Assembly (NCBI GenBank): GCA_964252035.1
Contig: OZ176205.1
From: Podarcis erhardii
Taxonomy: Eukaryota
Reading direction: 5' to 3' (one strand)
Length of the DNA: 64,000 nt
Of the stretch, positions 36,960-49,400 are shown piece after piece. The position numbers were made by a program, and so were the translations under genes. Each line of letters starts with the position of its first letter. Within the stretch, counting starts at the first letter, position 1. Under the pieces are notes generated by a model that did not search any database, was not told where the DNA came from, and saw nothing but the letters and a program-made list of their open reading frames with translations.

Positions 36960-37790
36960 GGCTCTTCCTCGAGAGGGTGGGAGCGGGGAATGGGATATTG
37001 CTTCGCCTCGGCAGGGCCTTAGCTTTGCTTAAGCGCCCCATGGGGGGCTCCAGGATCCACCGGAAACAAGAGCAACTCCTCTCCCGCAGGGAGCACTTTC
37101 TCCCAGGAGCGGTCTGCCGGGAAAGAGGAGCTGCTTCCCGGCCAGGGACAACCGCGCACACCGTTGTGGGAGGCAGCCCGGAGAAGAGCCCCCCGCTCCG
37201 GCTACACCCTCCCGGGAAAGGAGGCGGCAGCATCGGGCGTCGAGGCCTCCAACCCGGGAATAATAAAGGAGCGAGGCAGCCCGGAGCGCAGAGGTCAGAG
37301 CGGGTGAGGGAGCGGGCCCAGCGAAGGGAGAGCGCGTCGTGGGCCGTGGTTCTTTTGCGGAGGGGGGGGTCGCCTGGCCGCGCTTACCTGCACCAAGGGG
37401 GCCGGCTAGCATGTCTGGGGCAAAGGCAAGCAGCTCCTCCTTCAAGCTCCCGGTTCCATAGTGCCCGCAGTGGGTGAGGGGCGGGGGGTGCGGGAGAGAA
37501 ATCGGACGCTGCGCTCAGGTCTCTCCGGACACTTCCGGCCGCGCCAGAAAATTCACACCCTGGAGCCCCTGTTTCCACCCTACGCGGCGCGCACGCGCTT
37601 TGAGAACCTTCCGTGCCGCGCGAAATAAGTCCTCATATTCCCCCTACGGTCGTTCTCCACCGGAAGTACGCGTGCGTGATATTTCCCTTGAAAAGCGGTG
37701 GGAGAGTAAGGTGAAGGGAAGAATTTTCAGGCAGGCTTGGGCGGTGTGCGCATGCGCAATGCCGTTCTGTGCTCATCCCTTTCGTTGACA
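36960..37790 (-). promoter_or_regulatory. CpG-island promoter of RALGAPB
   Basis: GC- and CpG-dense; ETS/GABPA CCGGAAGT on minus (37531-37538) and plus (37660-37667); perfect NRF1 palindrome TGCGCATGCGCA at 37747-37758. Confidence 0.85.
37388..37535 (-). other. RALGAPB: RALGAPB probable non-coding exon 1 (5' end approximate)
   Basis: Lies in the CpG island; strong donor GCAG|gtaagc at 37388/37387; ETS motif at the likely TSS; exon 2 begins with UTR so an upstream exon is required. Confidence 0.75.
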
Positions 37791-38521
37791 CTTTTAAAGG
37801 GGCCGGTTTCGTTTTAATTTGTCCTGCTGTTGCGTCCTTGTTGTTAAAATTCCTAACAATGCAATCCTATGCGTACATGTCTACGCGGAGGTAAGCCACG
37901 CTGTGTTATTAGTGGTATAGGCATAAGGCCCCCCAATACAGCCCACAAAAAGTTTTCAAATGTGCAGAATTCAAGCAATAACAAGCAGCTTGCAAAAATT
38001 TAAGTCAGCAAAATCTCAAGAGTTTTTGTAAAAACCCCTCAAAAGCCATACTATCCAAGCTTAACGACAAAGACCCACCGCCACCCATGCACCCCCTAGA
38101 ACAGTAGGCCTTTAATTAGAGACCTTGCAGGGAGCAGCTCCTAGAAGGGTCCTAAGCAGGTGGCGATGGAGCACAAGTGCAAAGGTTTGCCCCTTGAAGG
38201 ACCAGACATAGTCCCCCACACAGGTTTTATGTTAGGAAGGCAGGAAGCCAGGATTTTTGTTAGGCTGGGGCCAGACATCTACCTGCCATTAACCTCTGTC
38301 CAGCTCTAGATTTGGAATGAAATGTCTCAACAGCAGTTGTTTTAGATTACTTTATATTGACTCCCAGTGCTCAGGAAAATCTGTCAAAGTCTCTACAATT
38401 TCTATTTTTAGTTAAGTGTTTTTATTTACTTGATAGCTATGCCCATGGGGCTGCCCTCTGAAGTCTCTTGTGCTCTGCATTCTCCTGTCATGATTTAGAC
38501 TGGGCCTCTTTCGCACCCATG

Positions 38522-39050
38522 CATAGCTGTCAAGTGTCCCTTATTTGAAGGGACAGTCCCTTATTCCAGCGCCATGTCCCGCTGCTGTCCCTTATTGATG
38601 GATGTCCCTTAAATGATGTCCCTTAAATTTCAAAGGAAGCAGCTCCTCTCCCTCCCTCCCTGCCGGCCAGGGAGGAGGGAGGCTCCAACTGTGTTGCTTG
38701 GCTGTGTTGCTCACCCAATAAGAAGTCTAAGAACGACTGGGGGGTGGAGCTTGAATGCCTTGTGTGTGGCTAGTTAATACAAGCTGAGGGGGTTTTTGAA
38801 TGCTGGGCGTCATTTTGTTGCACGTGCTGCTGCAAACTTTGCAGTGCAAAGCCAGGCCGGGGAGCCATCTTAAGTTGAGGCTGCATAGGCCTTGTGGTGC
38901 ATGTGATTCAGATTCTATGAAGTTGAACCTCTGGTTACAAAGTTGGTTGGACAATGTTCTCGAAGCTACAGGTCCCTTATTTTGGCTGCTGGTCCCTTAT
39001 TTTCAAGGCTGCTGGTCCCTTATTTTCAAATCTGTAAGTTGACAGCTATG
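38522..39050. mobile_element. Non-autonomous DNA transposon (hAT-like) with GTCCCTTATT subterminal repeats
   Basis: TIRs CATAGCTGTCAA / TTGACAGCTATG, flanking direct repeat CCCATG, clustered GTCCCTTATT repeats at both ends. Confidence 0.75.
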
Positions 39051-39865
39051 CCCATGATGGGCTTTGATTCCCACATCAACCGTCAGGCAAGCTTGATTTG
39101 ATTCCACCTCCCTCACTTGGTCACATTGTAAATCGTAACCCACCCCTTCTTCCCTAATGGGAGGGGAGAAAGCATTTTGTGGTTTGCCTCTGGTACCAAA
39201 ATGTATTGGGCTGACACTGCCGTTACATCACACTTTAAGGAGGTTAGAAAGCTTACCTTTAATACAACAATAAATCAAAGTTTGCTAATGTTTTAAACAC
39301 ATGCATAATGGATGCACAAACCATTTGCACAATTATAAAAAGCAATGTCTGAGAAGGCATATGACTATAGCCAACAAGGAGGAATAGTTAGTACTGCTGC
39401 ACTATGCTGTCCTCAGCCTAAGAGCAATTCTGTTGTGGAATTTAGTTATAACTTTAACAAGCCCAAACTGGATGGCTAAAAAACCCAAAAAGAAAGTTCA
39501 GAACAGCCTTCACCAACACAATACCCTCCAGATGTACTACAACTCCCATCAGTCAGCACAAAAAAGTCTGGAGCTGCACTCTCCCTTCACTCTCCCTTCC
39601 ATTACAGAACTGGGCCCAGGAGTTAAAAGATACCTCACTGAGAATATCAAGATGTGAAAGGTAATTTCTACTAGAAGCTGTGATGGAAATTTGATTTAAT
39701 AAATCATTATTATCTATTTGACTTACTCTTCACTTAACTACAAAAAAGACATATAAAACAATACATTTCATTAAAACCATTCCAGTAGCACACCTGTTCT
39801 GAAAGCCCTGCACTAACTGTCAGGGAACTACCAGACCCGATTTAAGGTGTTAGTACTAAGACTAG

Positions 39866-40228
39866 AGGGGACGCGGGTGGCACTGTGGGTTAAACCACAG
39901 AGCCTAGGACTTGCCGATCAGAAGGTCATGGTTTGAATCCCCACGACGGGGTGAGATCCCATTGTTCGGTCCCAGCTCCTGCCAACCTAGCAGTTTGAAA
40001 GCACATCAAAGTGTAAGTAGATAAATAGGTACCACTCTGGTGGGAAGATAAACAGCGTTTCTGTGTGCTGCTCTGGTTCGCCAGAAGCGGCTTAGTCATG
40101 CTGGCCACATGACCCGGAAGCTGTCTGCGGAACAAACGCCGGCTCCCTCGGCCAATAAAGCGAGATGAGCGCCACAACCCCAGAGTCGGTCACGACTGGA
40201 CCTAATGGTCAGGGGTCCCTTTAGCTTT
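39866..40228 (+). mobile_element. Sauria SINE (lacertid type), full length
   Basis: GGGACGCGGGTGGC... tRNA-like head, GGTCCCTTTAGCTTT tail, 12-bp TSD TACTAAGACTAG (39854-39865, 40229-40240). Confidence 0.92.
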
Positions 40229-40699
40229 TACTAAGACTAGGCCACATGTTACAAACAGACATTCCCACTCTTAAGAGTGTGAGTGACAGGCTGGTGCAGG
40301 AAGGAAAGGTGAAGAGATTTTAAAAGTTGTGGAACCCCTTGGAGATACCTTCAGACTGGGGGTTCCACACAGTCCTAATTAAAAAAGCATTGAATTAGCT
40401 CTTGGTAGACTATTTACTCCTATATTTTAGTACAGAAGCCAGACACTAGATGGCGTTAGGAACCAGAATTTGGATTCCTGCTAGCCTTTTTATGTGTGTA
40501 GGGGTGTGCAGGTGTGTTTACTTTCTTTTTCATGGTATTTTACTTGGAAATGATCAGCAGGAAGCAAAATGCAATGGTAAAAATGCTGAACTTGTAACAT
40601 AAATGTAAGCTGCTATTTCTGCTATGTTGATCTCACAAAACATGAAAAACATTGTGTTTCAAACTCTTCCTCCTCACACATATAAACACTTATCCAAAG

Positions 40700-42500
40700 G
40701 CTAAGAGATTTCAGACTTTTAAAGGATCAGTCTCCATGAAAGAAAAGAGTACTGGAGACTCACTGACTTGTTTGCAAAGCATTTTTAGGATAAAATTGCT
40801 TGCATCCACAGGGATCTTGACTCCACTGTTACAGCACATGAATTTCATGGGGAATCTAGAGCACGGTCTAGTCTTGTTGTGTTGGATGGGTTTCAGTTGG
40901 TAAGGTTCGAGGATGTGGACAAGGTGCTTGGATCGGTCAGGGCAAACACTTGCACTCTGAACCCTTGCCCCTCTTGGTTGAAAGAAACTATCAGAGAGGG
41001 GACAGCTGGCTGGGCCAGGGTGGTTATGAATGCCTCCCTCCAAGAGGGAGTTGTCGCTGCCTGCTTGAAGGAGGCAGTAGTAAAACCATTCCTTAATAAA
41101 CACTCCCTGCACTTGTAAAATCCAAGTAACTACTGGCCAGTTGCTAATCTCCCCTTCTTCGGCAAGGTTCTTGAGCAGGTGGTTGCAGAAAAGATCCAGA
41201 CCATCTTGGAGGAAACTGATCTTCTAGATCCATTTCAGTTGGCATTTAGGCCCAGTTTTGGCACAGAAACTGCCATGTATGATGACATCAGTCAGTAGAG
41301 AAACAGAAGAAATGTGCCCTTGTTAATTCTCCTTGACTTCTCAGCAGCTTTCAATACTATTACCCATGGTATCTTTCTGTAGCAGCTTTCCACGATAGAG
41401 GTTGGTAGCATCGCTTTGTGGTGGTTCTGTTCTTACTTGGATGGTCGTTTCCAGAGAATGATGCTTGGGGAGTGCTCTGTGGCCCTGTAGAGCCTTCAAT
41501 GTGGGGTTCCTCAGGATTCAATTTTATCCCCTGTGCTACATTAAACTGTTAAGTGGGGTTATCTGGAGTTTTGGAGTAGGTGGTCAGCAATATGCTGAAG
41601 ACACACAGCTCTACTTATTCCTTTACATTTGCAGGTATGGCAATAGATGTGCTGGACTGGTGTCTTGCCTCAGTCATGGACTGGATGAAAACCAATAAAC
41701 TGAAGCTCAATCCATATAAGACAGAGGCACCGCTAGTGGGTGGTTCCCTATACCATATGGCTGGGAGGTTGCCTGCTCTTAACGGGGTTTTACACTCCCT
41801 TTGAAGGTGGCTTGAGGCTCAGGTAGCCTCAATGGTGTGGAGTGCCTTCCATCAGCTTTGTTGGTGGCCCACCTGCTCCCTTATCTGGACAGGGATAGCC
41901 AAACGTCCATCACCTATGCTCTGGTAACCTCTAGGTTAGATTACTGCAACGTGTTATAGATGGGGCTGCCTCTGAAGGTGGTTTGGGAACTTCAGTTGGT
42001 GCAGAATACAGTTGCTCATTGGGGCAAGACAGTTTGAGCATATCAGTAGCCCAACTGCACCAGTTCCCATTGAGTTCCTGGGACCAATTCAAAGTGCTGA
42101 TTTTGACCCATGAAACCTTTAAGTGGCTAAGGACTGCAGCAGTACCTCAAGGATTGCCTCTCCCCATATGAACTGACCCAGGCTTTGTGAGCATCATCTG
42201 AGGCCCTTTTTCGTGTGCCTCCTCCACGAGAGGTTTGGAGGGTGGCAACGTGACAATAGATATTTTCTGCAGTGGCTCCCCATTTGTGGAATGCTCTCCC
42301 CTGGAAGGCTTGCTTGGAGCCTTCATTATACAGCTTTAAGCACCAGGCAAAAACATTTCTGTTCAACCAGGGCTTTAGCTGTTTAACATTCTTTGTAAAT
42401 GTGTCTTTGTTTTGTTCTTACTATGCATTTTGTGTTTTTGTTTTTATTTTATACTGTGAACCACCTTGAGATCTTCAGCTTAAGGGAATCATAAAATAAA
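40700..42500 (+). mobile_element. 5'-truncated, decayed L2-clade LINE
   Basis: Degenerate RT motifs (PFQ..FRP..GTETA, LLDFSAAFNTI, QYAEDTQLY) with stops and frameshifts; L2-type 3' end followed by an A-rich tail. Confidence 0.85.
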
Positions 42501-43784
42501 ATGAGCCACAATTAGGCTCAAAGAAGGCTCATTGCTGCATGGGACCATCTTCAGGATGTATACATGTGTGTATGCTGCCTGCCTCCAGTTCTGGCCCATA
42601 TGGCTGCTCCTCTGGAATTTGATCAACATTTGTGTTTAGCTTGAAAGTTTGCAAGGCTGGGTCAATTAAGGATAGCAGCCTACATTTTCTTATGGATGCA
42701 GACATTGCACAAACAAGCTTGAGGGGCATATCGTATCAAGGAACTTCTACATTTCATGTCTCTTTGATGTCAACAGATGTCATTCTTTCTTTTCTGATTG
42801 GTTTGCTTTGTATGTCCCACAAAAGACCTATTCCCAGTTAAGTGCTATCAGACTGCAGCATGAGGGTAGGATATGATGCCCACTTTCCTGAGAGTGAGTT
42901 CATTGAATCCAATGGGGGACTTCTGAGTAGATATGCATAGGATTGTGCCATGCATACTGCACAGCTCAAAGAGACAAGTTTAATTTCAAGCCAATTAAAA
43001 ATAATGTCTATCATGATTTTAATTTAAATCAGGATTTCTTCTGATTTTAAATTAAATCAGGGTTTTCCCTCGAAGAATAGTTCCTCCATTCCTTCCAAAG
43101 TGTAGCATGCGAACAGGTGGCTGTACCTAAAAGAGAGCAGGGCCCCTTCACCTTTAATAGTTGCATAGTTGTGTAGAAGAGGGAATTCCAGCATCTGGCA
43201 ACACTGCATGCAGTGGAAGGAACCACAGCTATGTGGAAGTGAGGTGCCTTGATATAATTTAAGTGGGGGCGGGGTTTCCTGTTGGTGGCAATTCCTACCA
43301 CACAAAAATGAAACAGTCCCCAAATGAATGTAAAAACCCATTATGGGTTTTCCCCACCCTGTCAGTACAGAACCAATAGGATGGAGGCCAGAGGTGGTGC
43401 TGGGGTGATAAAGCAGAAAGCGCTAGAGTCTCACCGCTGCCAGATTAACATAAAAAATTCAGAGCATCAACTGCTAGTTATTACATTTATTTATTCAGAT
43501 GTGCAAATATGAATATTTATTCATAGTCGTACATATGACTAATTTCATCAATGTTGAATATAAGAGCTTATATAACGTTTTTGTCCACTAAATTAAGGAG
43601 ACAGAAACGTGTCCAAAAAGTAGGTAGCATTCATCCTGTCTTGACAGGGCCCCCTTAAAAACACTTCTGAATTCCCTGACCAGCAGCATATATAAGGCAA
43701 AGGAGAAACTGAAATACAGTAGAGGAAGAAGCAATGCAGGATTCCAGCAATTAAAGCTTTCCAATCTTGAGACTTCTTCCCTAT

Positions 43785-43931
43785 TGGCAATGGGTCAGTG
43801 CATCTGGCTGCTAACCAGAAGGCTGGTGGTTGGAGCCCACCTAGGATGGCTGTGTGCAGGATTCCTGCATTGCAGGGGGTTGGACTAGATGACTCTCAGG
43901 GTCCCTTCCAACTCCACAGTTCTAATCTATG
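43785..43931 (+). mobile_element. SINE with a different tRNA-like head and the same CR1 3' tail
   Basis: Degenerate B-box-like GGTTGGAGCCC; tail near-identical to 57659-57723. Confidence 0.7.
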
Positions 43932-45274
43932 TGCAGTATGGACAGGTCCACCAACTTCCTTTTTTTTGCTTACACGATACTGTGTAACTCATTAGAACTG
44001 GCACCGATAGAAGCCTGTTTTACATAACCTTGATTTTGTTAATTTATTTTGCCAGTCTTGGTTGTAGGTTTGCAGCCCTCACAACATGGCTGTTTCTTAC
44101 ATTGCATTCCCCTCCTCCCTTTTATCTATTTTAAAATTAATTACCATTCTCTTTTCCTGGAGGCAGTTTGCTTAATTAGGCATAGGGTTAACAAACTAGG
44201 TTAATGCAGACAGCAAAAACACTCTCCACTTCAGCCAAATCCAGGCAGCCTTGTGTTGCGAATATTCATAGTTCTCCTGAACTAGAATGAAATCCTAGCA
44301 CTCACAGTCTCTTTGTTTTACTGCTTATGCATCCAGAAAAATAAAACTGACCAAAGAACATACCAAATTAATTCACATCCCTTATCTTTAGACTCTCATT
44401 CTTACAGATAGCACACATGCTATCATTATAGTTTCTAAAAACAGGCTTTGTTATTATTTTGCAGAGTAGGGAGAAGCTCCAAACACTATTTTGGTTTAGT
44501 TTTTGAATAGTTGATTTGGTATGCCTTCGAATCAATGGCTAAACAATACATCATCGCTAGCGAAAAGGACAACAGTCATATGACTTATCTGCATGCTTTG
44601 ACAGTAAGGAAAGTATGATTGAACGCCACCTGTGCTATAAATTGCCATGGAGTTAGTGTGAAATAAATTGCTGTTCCTATCTCTACAGAGTCCCTGCATT
44701 GCATGTTAAAAACTAAAATAATAATCCTTAAGATTTTACCTTTAAGTAATTTTTACTTCATAGGAATAGCACCATAGCTTTTCTACTGGTTAATTAAACC
44801 TGCAGTCCACACTTGCTAGAGTCGCATTGAAGTCAACAGGGATTACTTCTGATTAGGCACGTATAGGATTGTACTGTAACCGTTCAATACATTTGTTGAA
44901 ACCATGACTGATTCCAAATCCAATGTAATCACTCAGCCAACAAATTTACCTCCTAGGGCAATGCCTGCCCTTGTTGAGTTTGGGTTCCCATGATTTTTCA
45001 CAGTGGAACATGTGGTTTGGCAGCTTTGTTCTGTACTGCTGTTGGGTGTGTTGATTTCTCCTCTGCCCACTAATTTAACAGGGCATTCAAATCTGGGAAG
45101 GATTACACTATTTCATACTCACTCAAAGTGCTATGTGCATTTTATTGTTCTACAACTGCAACTATGTTGAGCTGAGGGGGTGGGGGGAATCCCACCTGCT
45201 CTATAAAGTTAATGTTACTGTTTGGTCTCCTGGTCCTCATCTGACCTGCATTCATTACAGTTACACTTCATATA

Positions 45275-45500
45275 CAGTGGTACCTCAGGTTACATACGCT
45301 TCAGGTTACAGACTCCGCTAACCCAGAAATAGTGCTTCAGGTTAAGAACTTTGCTTCAGGATGAGAACAGAAATTGTGCTCCGGCGGCGCGGCGGCAGCA
45401 GGAGGCCCCATTAGCTAATGTGGTGCTTCAGGTTAAGAACAGTTTCAGGTTAAGAACGGACCTCCAGAACGAATTAAGTACTTAACCTGAGGTACCACTG
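45275..45500. mobile_element. Tigger-like MITE family A
   Basis: TIRs CAGTGGTACCTCAGGTTA / TAACCTGAGGTACCACTG; TA on the left, TT on the right. Confidence 0.9.
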
Positions 45501-46874
45501 TTTAGGGCTATGTGTTTTTATAGTGGTATGGCAACTCTCCTGTGTTTGCCTTGTGTATAAGGGGACTCCACTAGCCATGACATTCTGTACATAGTTTTAA
45601 ATTTAGAAATCTTCAATAGTAATCACTCTGGAGTAAAATAAGCTTGTAAATAATACTGCTGCAGCTCAGCTGGTGACAGCAAAAGGCCATTGACCCTTTA
45701 ATCCTTTCTAAACAATCCTGTTCTTTTTGTAGGTCAGGCAATATATGAGGCTTCGTCAGCCTAGTGTTACAGATGATCACTAATATGGAGAGCATTCTGG
45801 CTGTCCTGAGAAAATTCTCTGAAATGGCTGCACTACTTGAGAAAATGAAATCCTAGAACTACAACCCTCTCTACATGTGCAAATCCATACTATACCGTGT
45901 TGGATCTGAAATTGTTCCTCACCCCTCAAATTTAGACTTTCCATTCTGGAACTTTCTCCAACAGGCTGCCCTCCCAATGTTGTATTTGGCTGGGGCTGAT
46001 AGGAATTGTAGTTCCATAACATCTGGAAGTCACCAAGTTGGGGGAACACCATTTTTAATTTCAGCACCTAGTCAGGTCCTACGAAAAGTTCACAAGCAGA
46101 ACATGATCATGATATCTATCTCCTGGTAACATTTTGTTTATTTGTCTTTGTCTTAAACTTGCTACATATCAGCTTCAATACAGAACTTATTTTGAGAATG
46201 AATATTCCCACCCCTATGCATCACAAAAATATACATTTTTGTTCTTTGACACATGTTAACCTGATCCTCAGCCTATTTTATCATGAACGCCTGCTTCAAT
46301 TGTTGTTCTCTAAAGCAAACCTTCTCCACCCTGCCCCCAACAACGAAAAAGAAATATTAAATTCCTTAGGGCTTGGTTTGAGCCATGACTCAGTCCTGAA
46401 AAATCAACATCAAGGTTTGACAAAGGGATCTACGAAATAATATAATGAAGAAGGGTGCCTGTGTTTCCAAATACGTGAAGAGGACATTGTCCTTGAAGGC
46501 TGCAATCATATGATTAGCTTCTTGTGAATAAGTCTCATGGGGTTTACTTCCTTGTAAACATTATATGGTCCAGATGAATTAGTAATTTGAGGGAATCTTG
46601 GTTGGCTCCTGTTTTGCTAGCCTTGCAGTGGCAGCTAAACCATACTTTCCCCTTTGTACTGCATCTTACTACCACAGCAGCCTTTATCATCCTTCCACCC
46701 CATCAATTGCATTCATTAATTCCAACTGTATTCCAAAAAGCACTGCTGCATCTTTCATTTTAGCATGCCTCACCCAGCAAACTCTCTCCCATCTACCCAG
46801 GGGTGCAAGGATTTCTGAAATGCAATTGTTTAACAATAGAAAGCCGGATGCAGAGACAAAAGAAAACTGAGTGT

Positions 46875-47625
46875 ACAACTACTCTTGACTTTAAGAAGGC
46901 TGATTTCAAACAGCTTAAGGAACTACTGGGTGATATCCCATGGTCAGAAATACTCAAAGAGAAGCGGGTCCAAGATGGGATTGGAGTTTCTTAAAGGTGA
47001 AATATTGAAGGCCCAAATGCAGACAATTCCAACAAGAAAGAAAACTGGGAGGCATCTAAAGAAGCCAGTGTAGTTGCATGAGCTTACAGATGAGCTGAGA
47101 TTTAAGAAGGGCATGTATAAGAAATGAAAGAAAGGGGAAATCATGAAGGAAGAGTATACATGAGTACCCAACAGTTAAAGGGAGTCAGGTGGGTCAAAGC
47201 TCAGAATAAGCCTAGGCTTATTCTAGAGGTTAAAATTAAAGAGAGGTTAAAATTAAAAAATCAAACGGTTTCTTCTGCTATGTTCAAAGCAAGAGGAAGA
47301 ATAAGCAAGTTGGGTGACAGAACTGCTCAACACTTACTTTATTTCTGTCCTCACTCAAAAGGAAAGCAGTGCCCAACCTGGTGATAACAGAATAAATGAT
47401 GCAGGGAGGGAGCTGCAGCCCAAGATAGGAAAAGTGGTAAGGGAACACCAAGCTACTTTAAATGAATGCAAATCTCCAGGGCCTGGTGAGCTGCACCCAA
47501 GGGTACTAAAGGAGCTTCTTGGTGCAATCTCAGAGCCTCTGCCTATAATCTATGAGGATTCTTGGAGAACAGGTGAGGTCCCTGCAGACTGGAGGTGGGC
47601 AAATGTTCCCCATCTCCAAAGGCCT
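46875..47625 (+). mobile_element. CR1 LINE ORF2 fragment
   Basis: LDFKKADFKQLKELLGDIPW and KSPGPGELHPRVLKELLGAISEPLPIIYEDSWRTGEVPADWR motifs; frameshifted. Confidence 0.88.
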
Positions 47626-48099
47626 GTCAGCTCTACAAAAACAAATACTGGCAGACAGGTACAAAGCCTCAAAGAATCATGAAAACTGTAGTATGACACA
47701 ACAGAGAGATGGGTTAGTCCGGTGCTGCTGTTGTAACTGAACCCATCAAGTCAGCCTGTCAATATGCTTGGCAGGGGCTGTTGCCTGTGTGGGGGGGGGC
47801 AGGTAGCGCCCCTGGGGTAGAGGGATCTTGAGCCCCACCCCCAAAGTTAACACCTCTGAAAGGAACAACAAAAATTACTTTCCCTATGCTATTAGACTGC
47901 TTAAGTGAAGAAACATTAGTGCAACAGGGGATGGAAGGATGGTGAACTTTACTAAATAAACAAATCCCCGAGCTCAGGAGAAACATGTTCTCAAATGCTC
48001 CAAATGCACCTGACACCTTGCTTTTCTACCAAAGCGCAACTGTACCTCTTGCAAGTACTAAAACCCACCCTAAACGCCGCTGCCAACCCAACTCCTTCC

Positions 48100-49400
48100 C
48101 CTCCCCGATTTCCCTCCAAGCCGAACGAGCAATATTCTTTTGTGGTCCTAAACATTGACGCGACTCTGCGCTTGCGCGAGAGCTGGGGAACTCGCACCGA
48201 GGCGCAGCGCGCCTGCGTAGTCGCTTCCCCATACATGCTGGCATTGCTGCTGCTGCTGCTGGGAGAGGCAGCTGCAGCGGCTCAGGTTCACCTGCGCGGT
48301 CGTGTCTTCCTGGGAGGAGGAGGAGGAGGTAGGTGGCTGCTTCTAGGCTGTGTCTTGCGCTGCTCGCTCTGGTGCCTCCGCGCCCGCTTTGCTTGCTGTG
48401 GCTGCTCCCCTTGTGCTTCGGCGCTGGGGCGGCGCTTGTTGTGCTTTCGGAACTCCTCGGGTAGCGACTGAGGCGCGACGCCTCTTCCTCTCCGGCCGGA
48501 GTATTCCGCGTCTTCCGCTCCCTGGTCTCCCTTCGCTTCCCTGCCTCTGTCCCCGGAGAAAGCTGGCGGGAAGGTCTCGGCCTTGTCCTCCCTTTCTCTC
48601 CGTCCTCCCGGAGACAACATTGAGGCGCGCTTTGGGGAGGGAGGGGTGCGGGTGTCCTCCTAAGCGGGGGGCTACCTGTCGCTTTGGTTCCTGCTCTTGC
48701 TGTGCATTATTGGGGGCTTTGCATCCTGGGCCCCTTCGGGTGATGCAGGTTTGCACCGTGCCCGTTTCAGCTGTGGGAGCTCAGCCCGCCGCCCGAGGGC
48801 AGGGTGGGGGGAATGCAATGCAGGGAAAGGAGAAAGGACACCTAGCGGATTGCTCGTATCCGACCACCAGTTAAGTTAAGAGTAAACGGCGTCGTAGTAG
48901 ACTCTCCCTGGGAGAGTTACTTGGAGAGGATACAGAGGGTCTACGGTGCTGCTTTAACTCGAGCATTGTAGGGAAAGGGAAACTGCCTGGGGACCGAGTG
49001 AACAGTTGAAGGCTGCGATCCTAAATAGGAAGCCCCGTTGAACTTCCCTCTAAATGTTCGTTTGGGATCGGGCTGTGAGTCTCCCTAGGATAGGCAATTT
49101 CAGCAAAGGGTGTGTTTTTTGCGCCTTGCGCGGGCCGTTTTCACTCTTTCCTCCATTTTCTCCAGTGTGCGTGCGTGTGCTGTTCTTGTTTTTCTTTGGA
49201 GAAAGAAGGAAATGTGCCGAAGGCTATTCATATAAACAGAAGCATTTGTGGCGTTTGCAGGCAATTCCAGCAGAGTTAATAAGCAGCCGCGCTAGGCTTC
49301 CCTGCTTGCCGGGAGGATTAATAGTTTTGAGTGTTTTTCCATTCAGATGTAACTACCGTTGTATCTAGACTGGGCTGTCTTCGCATGGTTCAGAAATTGT
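48100..49400 (+). promoter_or_regulatory. CpG-island promoter of NDRG3
   Basis: Second CpG-dense block; NRF1-like GCGC motifs at ~48166-48218; nearest island upstream of the NDRG3 start-codon exon. Confidence 0.75.
48235..48328 (+). other. NDRG3: NDRG3 probable non-coding exon 1 (5' end approximate)
   Basis: Follows the promoter motifs; (CTG)n and (GGA)n tracts; donor GAG|gtaggt at 48328/48329. Confidence 0.55.

Noticed and set aside
36829-37788. Long ORFs (104-166 aa) on both strands
   Set aside because: They overlap the GC-rich RALGAPB CpG island, where stop codons are depleted; low-complexity Arg/Gly/Pro products with no recognisable domain.
40700-47625. Functional LINE-encoded proteins
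   Set aside because: The L2 and CR1 copies are truncated with stops and frameshifts.
37800-48100. SNHG11/SNHG17-type host gene with SNORA71/SNORA60, as lies upstream of human RALGAPB
   Set aside because: I found no sequence resembling these H/ACA RNAs by eye; an Infernal/Rfam scan is needed to exclude divergent copies.
47995-48879. Overlapping ORFs (110-174 aa) on both strands
   Set aside because: Same CpG-island artefact at the NDRG3 promoter.
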